Shown piece by piece: positions 12,751 to 22,445 of a stretch of DNA of 64,000 bases. The stretch's first letter is position 1, and the number at the start of each line of letters is the position of its first letter. Both the position numbers and the translations under genes were made by a program. The stretch is taken from the NCBI RefSeq assembly GCF_000485595.1, contig NW_014577084.1, positions 493,149 through 557,148 on the forward strand. The letters are read 5' to 3'. Origin of the DNA: Priapulus caudatus (taxonomy: Eukaryota). Below the pieces are notes generated by a model. It had not been told where the DNA came from and did not search any database. It saw only the letters and a program-made list of their open reading frames with translations.

Positions 12751-15700
12751 CACGCACGCGAACACACAGTGACATACACACGTATATATTATATTACGTT
12801 GTTACGGTCATCGTGATAATACACATTGGTTTCGCTAAAAATCTTACCCAGATTTCTCCTGGCAGCTTCGCAGTCAGGCTGTTCCGTTCCTGGTGGGGTG
12901 AACGTGCCAGCTATCCTTTTGCCCGTGGGGTACACACACCAGGAGTATCCCGTGCTTCCATGCAACTGTTTGGGCTCGAACTCGCCCGACTCCGTGCAGA
13001 GTGGAGTGAAATGACCAACGCCATCAAACAGATCGGCATTCAGCTTCCCGATGTGGCACGCTGAAGTAGACCGGTAATGTTATATAGCCTCGTGATGTGG
13101 TATAATGCCTATATAAACTTTTTATAAACGCTAAGTATTCGAATATGTCACACGCGACAAAATCCGTTGAGAAAACTGACGTGGACAATAATAATATTAT
13201 TGTCCACGTCAGTTTTCTCAACGTATAATATATACTTATATTATACGTAGATAACGTTTGTTAAAATTATTGATGGAACTATATTTTATGGTTCTGTTAT
13301 AATCTATATTCTGTCAATAAATAAATAAATAAGTTTATTTATTTGTTTATTTAATTATTTGTTTGTTTATTGCAGGTTTTTTTGTGTATAACAAAACTAC
13401 AAACGCTGAAAAGTATGTTAGTGAGATAAATGTATATCCGTATACTGTATTTACGTCGATTGTATATTCGCACTTGCTGGGACAGGACGTTAACGACAGA
13501 GCTAAATGACAAATATCCTGCAGACAATCCTGTAAACCAATCCTAGATTGTTGCAAACAAACGTCCGTTTTAGGTTTAACAGGAAAGTGCATGACAGAAT
13601 CCAGGAAACGTGTATATCTAGCTTCCAACGCCGTGCGCTGACGCCTCGAACTACAAGCACGCGGCGGGGATTATGCCTGGGCGGGGTTCTGCTTGGGGCG
13701 GTTGTGAAACTAATTCGTCTGAACACGGCGCAAAAAAATGCCGTGTTTCGGAGTGAGATGCGTCACACATGCTTTAGTCCGCTTCTTTCCCTACCTGTAA
13801 GTCGTGGTGTAATGCAAATCCTGCCACAGGTACTTCCTCCATCGCAACACAGCTCTTCTCCCGGACATTCCAAGCTACTCTGACACTGCGTAGGTTGTGT
13901 CGGGCAGGCGAGTGTATCTACTGTTGGGCATGATCCTAGCTTGTTTGAAGTGTCTTCTAAATTCCAACGCAGATATCAATATCAGTAAAGCATCGTTTAT
14001 ACTAATTTATTCCTGCAAATTCGGTGATCCATAGAACTCCGCCGAATCCCCATATGAACTTTAATGGTGCCGTTTAAAGACATTTTGAGCAGCATGTCTG
14101 CGGTTTGTTTTCACCATGGGTTTTATATGATTTTTCCAGAAATATTTGATAATCATGTTTTTCTTCATACAAATTGTTGTTCATGACTAGAGATTGTATC
14201 AACAAACATATTTATCGTAACTGCTATACTCGACTGAGTTGTCCGCTTCAGAGCGCCACCACGCGTGTGCGCAATGTAGGCTATAACTCAAGGTTAGACA
14301 ACTTGGAACCAGTACTGACAGTTACTCAGCATGCAGCCGAATTCTGTGGCTAATTATGAGTCACCGTGCGCAGGAAGTCTCGTTTTATGGCTGTGGTTTG
14401 CTGTCGCGGCAGTTTTTAGACAGACAGCTCACGAAGAACGCGTTGACACAGCGTACGAGGATTTACCAGCGTCACATATGGACGTAAAATAAGCGTAGTT
14501 CCATCTATAAAACTACAAAGCCCTATAGTTTTATAGTCGACTATTGGCCTATATGCGCGCAAATAAAATTGCCATGTTGATATGTCAATGTCATCTATAT
14601 ATGTCATTATGATATATAAGCAAGGTTAAATGTAATCGTCGTGTGATTTTCTCTATCGAGATGTGTAGCACTAGTACTACGTATACTCCGCGCACAACCA
14701 CACATAACGTAGCTAAGGTCCTACTAGTCTTAGATGACCACTGGGCAACAAGGAGTATGAGGTAAATATTACGTAATAATTGTGTTAGCTTTGTGTTTTC
14801 AACGCTTCCGTATATGTCTATTATTATGTATATGTGTCAATTACTTACTGACATATATTACGCTGTTCGAGTAACAGCACCTCGTCGCATGTCAAACAAA
14901 ACTGATCGTGTGGAATAGAGATATCTCAGACATGTGCGCGTACGCATTCGTCACGCATTGTCAACGTTGCGCATACCTCAGGGGAAAACACGAAGTATGA
15001 CGCTCTTTAGCACATGAGGATATGTCGATTAGCCACTTTAAAGAAAAGTGCGTGTTGTCTCGACATGGCAGCTTATACAGCTCGCTGGTTTCCTTCGCTG
15101 AGATTTAACATTCGCTAATGTCCATGCCTTTATGCCCGGCATACAACTGAACGAAACGCGTCTCATTTATCAAAATTACCATTACTATTACTATTCTATA
15201 CTAATTACTATTACTATTATTTTACTGTTACTATTATCATTGCCATTACTGTTACTATTATTATTGATTTTGCTATGGCTATTATCAATGAGAGTACCCT
15301 ACTACTACTATTTTTGGGACGAATTCTGTTGTTGAGCCCATGCCGGTAGATTATGTAAAAACAGAATCGCTTTTCCATGCCAACACACAACATTGAGAAG
15401 TCTGTTACGCGCCTGTTCACAAAAACTACACTTACCTTGGCATTCGCCTTCATAAGCAAGTTTTAGGTGTAGTTTCTGCCCCTGGGCGCACTGCAGGCCA
15501 CACAGATTTCCATACGTCACGCCATCGGTGCCACACTGTGGTCTATAGTCATGAGTACAAATGCAAGGAGATGGCGGTCGCTGGGTTGGCTCAACTCCTG
15601 AAAAGGCAGTAGTTTTTGTGTATGTTATTGTTGTTGTACTTGATATAGCTACCTCAATTGTGAGAGACATTACGAGACTTGACGAACTTTACTATTCATT

Positions 15701-18700
15701 CTAAATAACAACAACAATCACCAGTATTACTATTATTAATTCTATTACTATATTACTATTACTATTACTATTGCTATTAATAGTAATATTAATATTGCTT
15801 TTGCTATGGCTTTTACCATTGCTTATTTACCATTGCTATTTACAATTACGAATACTACTACAAGTGCACACGAAACAACATTATTTTGCCTGCACGCGCG
15901 TCCAGTAACAAGTCTGTTTTTGAGCCCATGCCCATAGATATTTAAAAACAGAATCACTTTTACATACCACTTACATAAGACATTGGAAGGCCTATATCGC
16001 GCCGGTTTACAAAAACTACACTTACCTTGGCATTCGCCTTCATAAGCAAGTTTTAGGTGTAGTTTCTGTCCCTGGGCGCACTGCAGGCCACACAGATTTC
16101 CATACGTCACGCCATCGGTGCCACACTGTGGTCTATAGTCAGCAGTACAAATGCAAGGAGATGGCGGTCGCTGGGTTGGCTCAACTCCTGAAAAGGCAGT
16201 AGTTTTTGTGTATTTTATTGTTGTTGTACTTGATATAGCTACCTCAATTGTGAGAGACATTACGAGACTTGACGAACTTTACTATTCATTCTAAATAACA
16301 ACAACAATCACCAGTATTACTATTATTAATTCTATTACTATATTACTATTACTATTACTATTGCTATTAATAGTAATATTAATATTGCTTTTGCTATGGC
16401 TTTTACCATTGCTTATTTACCATTGCTATTTACAATTACGAATACTACTACAAGTGCACACAGAACAACATTATTTTGCCTGCACGCGCTGCCAGTGACA
16501 AGCCTGTTTTTGAGCCTATGCCGATAGATATTTAAAAACAGAATCACTTTTACATACCACTTACATAAGACATTGAAAGGCTTATATCGTGCCGGTTCAC
16601 AAAAACTACACTTACCTTGGCATTCGCCTTCATACGCAAGTTCTATATCTAGTTTCTGTCCCTGGGCGCACTGCAGGTTACACAGATTTCCATACGTCAC
16701 ACCATCGTTGCCACACTGTGGTCTATAGTCAGCAGTACAAATGCAAGGAGGTGGCGGTCGCTGGGTTGGCTCAACTCCTGTAAATGCAATAATTCTACTT
16801 TTAATACAACAATTTCAACTACGCGAGCTATCATCCACAAATTTAACAAGCCCTAATATTTGTTTTAATGTTCAACACGGGGTAATGTTGTTCTAAACAA
16901 TGAAGGGAACAACGCACTATCCACTGAGATGTGTCACCTCTATCAAAAGCGATAGCACCACCAATGACACTACCATCACCAATACCCAAAGCAGCAACAC
17001 CAGCACCAGCACCAACACCCATACCAACACCAACATCATTACAAACAATAGACCAAACACTACAACCAACACCAACGCCAACGCCAACACCAACACTATC
17101 ATTACCTTCACCATCGCACATAAATACCTTGACATTCCCCTTCGTAAGCAAGTTCCACGTCTAGATTTTGCCTCTGAGCACACTGCAGGTTACACAGATT
17201 TCCATAGGTCACGCCATCGGTGCCACACTGTGGTCTGTAGTCAGCAGTACAAATGCAAGGAGGTGGCGGTCGCTGGGTTGGCTCAACTCCTGTAAAGGCA
17301 GTAGTTCTAACTGATATAACTACTTCAACTGCGAGAGATATCGATAGCTATCTGTAAAGGTTTGACAAGCAGTATTACCATTACTATTACTACTACCATT
17401 ACCATTACCATTACTATTACTAATACTATTGCTATTGCGGTTACCTTTATACTATATGAGTATTTCTTTATTATCATCATTATCATTATTATCATCACTA
17501 TCATCATCGTCATCATCATCACCACCATCATCATCATCCCCATCCTCATCATTATCATCATCGTCGTCGTCACCATCATTATAATTATTATTATTACCAA
17601 TAATAATACTATTACAGATGCGCATAAAAGAACATTTACCCTCACATTCTGCCATGAACGTTGATTCGAGCGCTGAGTTCCCTTCTCTCTTGGCGCAGTT
17701 TAGTTCGCATTCGTTTCCGTAAATTACGCCGTCTGTACCGCATCGCGGATCCCAAATTTGAGGGCACAGGCAGATGGGGATAATATCACCTAGAAATTTC
17801 CAACCTTTGTGTTGAAATTCCTACGTAACTCGTTTAGAAAATCTCTGTTATTTGGTTAAATAAGATAGTCGCGGGCATTGAGGAATGAGGATGTAAACGA
17901 TCCGGATCGTAATATCGTCACTGAGCAGTTTAATCATATCGGCGGCTTACATCTCTTGGCGCAGTTTAGTTCGCATTCGTTTCCGTAAATTACGCCGTCT
18001 GTACCACATCGCAGATCCCAAAATTGAGGGCATATGCAGATGGAGATAATATCACCTAGAAATTTCAAACCTGTGTTGAAATTCCTACGTAACTCGTTTA
18101 GAAAATCTATGTTATTTTATTAAATAAGATAGTCGCGGGAATTGAGGAATGAGGATGTAAACGTAATATCGTCACTGAGCACTTTAATCATATCGGCGGC
18201 TTACAATTTGTTTGGTTCATTATCCCACACGCTTTTCACCCAACACTATACACTTGTAACGTTAAATTAAAAGTTTGAAGGATAAAATGATGAGGAAATC
18301 CAAACTTGTGTATTAAACTGAATAAACTTTAATATCTTGCACACAGTGTAGTCACATCTTGCACAGAGGGACAAAGAAACGCGCACACGCGCGTAAGCGC
18401 GTGTGCTTACTCTCGCAACCACAACCAGACTCCTCCACTCCTACATCTCTGTCTCCCCCGTCTCTCTAATCTCTCTTCTATATATTCCTCCCCAGCCTAC
18501 CACACTAGTAGGAGGGGATATGTGTCAAAATTCAAACGTTCAATTGATCGATTGATTGTTCAATTGAACAGTCGTTTAATCATTCAAACGTTCAATTGAT
18601 CGATTGATTGTTCAATTGAACAGTCGTTTAATCATTCAAACGTTAAATTGAACAGTCGTTTAATCATTCAAACGTTCAATTGATCGATTGATTGTTCAAT

Positions 18701-20831
18701 TGAACAGTCGTTTAATCATTCAAACGTTCAATTGAGCAATTAAATAACGAATTGCCAAATTGAATCGCCAATTGAAAAATCAAAGGCACGAATACTGAAT
18801 AGGCGTCTTGAATCATGGAATGGAGTCAATGGACAATTGAGCAATTGCCGAGGCTCGTCAATCGACAAATCAAACGTATACCTACTGCCAGGGGCGGATT
18901 AAGGCTCACTGGTGCCCTAAGCACTGACCAATCTTGGTGCCCCCCTCCTTTCCACACTGACCCAGTCCATTTTAGTTGTTGACCTGTCTAACCAAATATA
19001 CAATGCAGGTTGCAGCAGTACAAAAATTTATGTAGGATTTCAAGGAGGGTGGTGATAAACAGGCGGGGGGTATGGGGGTCCTCCCCCAGAAATTTTTAAA
19101 AATGTAGATAGCAGGAGATGGTATTTGAGGCAATTTTGAGCGTACATGCATGTACACCTTCATTCTGACTACGAATCAATCTATTTGTTTTTTTACACGT
19201 TTTAATTGTGAGAAAGACCTCTCTGTTGTGCAGTTGGTGACCATTAATGTTAAAAATAATCTTAAGGCAATTTCAACATTTGGAAAAGCACTCTCTAGTT
19301 TGTCTTCTGTAATTGTGTTGTAAAGTTCCATGTGAGTGAAAGATGTTTTCTTGGTTGTTTTAAACTTATGAAGAACATATGAATGTCACTTCTGAAGCTC
19401 TGTAGACAAAGTGTTGTTCATGTCATCTGGATAAGCATCAATGAGTGTCTGACAAGTCTGAGTACCTTTCCATTTCTGATAATTAGGGGCATTAGGGGCC
19501 CCTTGTATTGTATTGTATTGTATTGTTGGGGGCCCCTTGTGGTACACCTGGGAAGTACAAATCTTTATTCGTTTTTTCTTCTTTTCACCCTTTTCCCAAC
19601 TTTGTGGTGCCCCCTTTGGCCCTGGTGCCCTAAGCACGTGCTTAGTCTGCTTAATGGTTAATCCGGCACTGCCTACTGCACATGCGCACAGGGGCATGAC
19701 GGAAGGCGCGGTAGCCCGTACGTTGCTAGGAACGCAATCGGCCGGCGTTTCCCAGCTAAGTGCGTGTACCCGCGTGTACGTGCGTGTATATCCCCTCCCA
19801 TACACATCTGTCCCCCACATATGTAACTAACCCACAGCCCTATGTCACTACGCTCATTTCACAATGACCCTAGAAACGCGCGACCTATAACACGTTTACC
19901 ATTCTCCCTATAACATCAATCTAGCCGCACAAGATGCGCGACGTTCTGTCTACATAGACATCTCTGTCTACATAGACTACCACCAAAACAGCCCTGAGGC
20001 TAGCCGCACTCCGCGTCTCTAACTAATTTATGTAACATCTGTAAATCATATGTTACAGACTCACGCTTATTTTTTGTACTCATCCGATGACATATATGTT
20101 GATTCATACTTGTAACAACATTTATTAAAGCTATTATCGTTAGTTAGTTAGTCCATGCTTAAAAGTAATTAGTTAGTCCATGCAATAAATCCATAATTGT
20201 TCATCCTCTTTTTAGAGAACCGAATCCAGTAAAAGTGACTGTACGTAATGCGCTCTACAGCCACTCCTAGTAGAACTAATAGTTGCGGAACATAATAGCA
20301 CGGAACATAAATAATCTAGTTAATTCTGCCCTATTTTCTATTTAACAATAACGTGGGCACTGCGGGAGAAAGGAATTGGGCATTGTCCAGGGGCTGTGAG
20401 AACCTACTGTTGCAGTTGTGTGTCCCACTGACCGCAAACTCTTCTAAAGCTCTCCCGAAACGCCACATGAAACTATGAAACTCCACGGACTGCTACCTAT
20501 TACTACTTACATGTACCTTCATTGCCTTCAATGTAATTCGCTCATATTTTATCGAAAAGAATTAATTGATCAACGGAACGATTTTATGGAATTATATCAA
20601 ACTAGTCGATCAGTCAAGCATAAATATAAGTACGCTGTGCTCTCAAGCGTTAATTTAAGAGGGCAATCACAATCACGTACGAATGTTCACTTATTATATC
20701 GTAAAATGCCTTATTTTGCTTAAATATTTGTTTTGCGCTTTGCAGTTTCTAGCTTACATAAGCTACCACAACAGCTAGTAAAACGAAAAGTCTCGTCCCT
20801 GTGTCGTGCACGTGTGTGCGTGTGTGCGCGC

Positions 20832-20871
<40 letters not shown>

Positions 20872-22386
20872 GTGTGCGTGCGTGCGTGCGTGCGTGTGTG
20901 CGTGCGTGCGTGCGTGTGGTGCGTACCTGCGTGTGTGTTGAGAGGGTGTAGGTGTGTGCGTGCGAGCGCGCGTTACCGAGGGCCTGCCTGTTTGTCTCGC
21001 GGTGTTTACACATGCGTATCCTTTTACTCGGCGCCGCTTGTCAAGTTGCCGCCGATCGACAAGTCCGCGGGCAGATTGATCGGCTCTAACAGAATAAACG
21101 GGAACCCCATCAGATTATGTTTGTACCGAGTAACCATGATAATGCCAACCAAGGACACACGCAAGCGTGCACATGAACTAGTCTGCCACCCCCTTCTCCC
21201 GCTATCCGACCCCAGCTCTTTCCTACCACTTGTCTGTCTGTATATCTGTCTATCAGTCGATCTGCTTTCCTTCACTCTCTATATGCTCTCCCCTGCCTCG
21301 CTCTCTTTTTTGCCTGACTTTTTCTCTAGTGCTCTCTCTCTCTCTCCCTCTCCATCCTTATCTCTCTATTTCTGCAACTTTCAATCTCGCTATTTTTCTT
21401 CGACGGTCACGTCTGCATGCGTACGTGCACACGTTCACGCATGGTGATTTCAGTTCTAATTACGTAACTCATTGCGAATACCCTTTCACGCGTGTCACAA
21501 TTGTTAGCTTCGCAACTATTTTTAATCAGCATCGTTATATGTGTATATGCAGGGTGGTAGTTACGGGTAATGTTAAAGTTAGGGACTGATGTTAGAACTA
21601 GGGTTAATAATTAGCGAATAATGTTATGGTTAGATTTATGTTAGAGTTGATAACGCGATTATTAAGATGCGAAGAATGCTAACATAGATCTGATGGTGTT
21701 GCGTTGTTTCCGTTTCCACAATGCGATTACTTTTCAATGGAATCCATCCCCGCTAAATACGAAACAATTTGTGCGAACATTCTAAACGCCATGCCAACAA
21801 TTATATATTGACATTCGAATAATTCGCGGGTGAGAAATATGGCATGTCAAATAAATCGTCAATATAACGTAAAAAGCTTCGGCAGAGCGAGTAAGGCCCT
21901 GGCCTGGACAGATCTATAGATTAGAGCATGTATAAAAATAAAACTCGCGTGTTTCGCGTATAACAATAAACACGTAATTTTAGCTGAGATAATTGCCCAA
22001 TTCTGATCACATGCGAAGGACGGTAGGCTCGTGTATGGAAGATGATGGTGCACACAGTGCAGAACAGTGCTGCATGGGTACTCACAGTATTCCTACCTTC
22101 ATAGGAGCTTTGATGCGATAAGTATCAATCGCAGTAAAAAAGTCATAAAAATCTTATTATCAATGTATCAAAGAATCGTAGTTGGTGTTAAACACAATAG
22201 TGTTAGACGATTACCAACCGAAACGAAAGGGTGATTTGAACACTGATAAATAGTAACATATAAAAATAACACTAATATTAAATGACTATGACGTCGTCGT
22301 CGTCGTCGTAATAGTAGTACGTAGTAGTAGTAGTAGTAGTTGTAGTAGTAGTAGTAGTAGTTGTAGTAGTAGTCGTAGTCGTAGTC

Positions 22387-22445
<59 letters not shown>

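Noticed and set aside
18531..18736. CRISPR-like array
   Set aside because: Head-to-tail identical units with no unique spacers, in a eukaryotic intron with no cas genes.
19672..21085. Possible extra small exons in intron 1 (~21028-21085, ~20408-20443, ~19680-19765)
   Set aside because: AG/GT pairs exist, but there is no recognisable domain and no consistent phase chain. They cannot be supported without transcripts.
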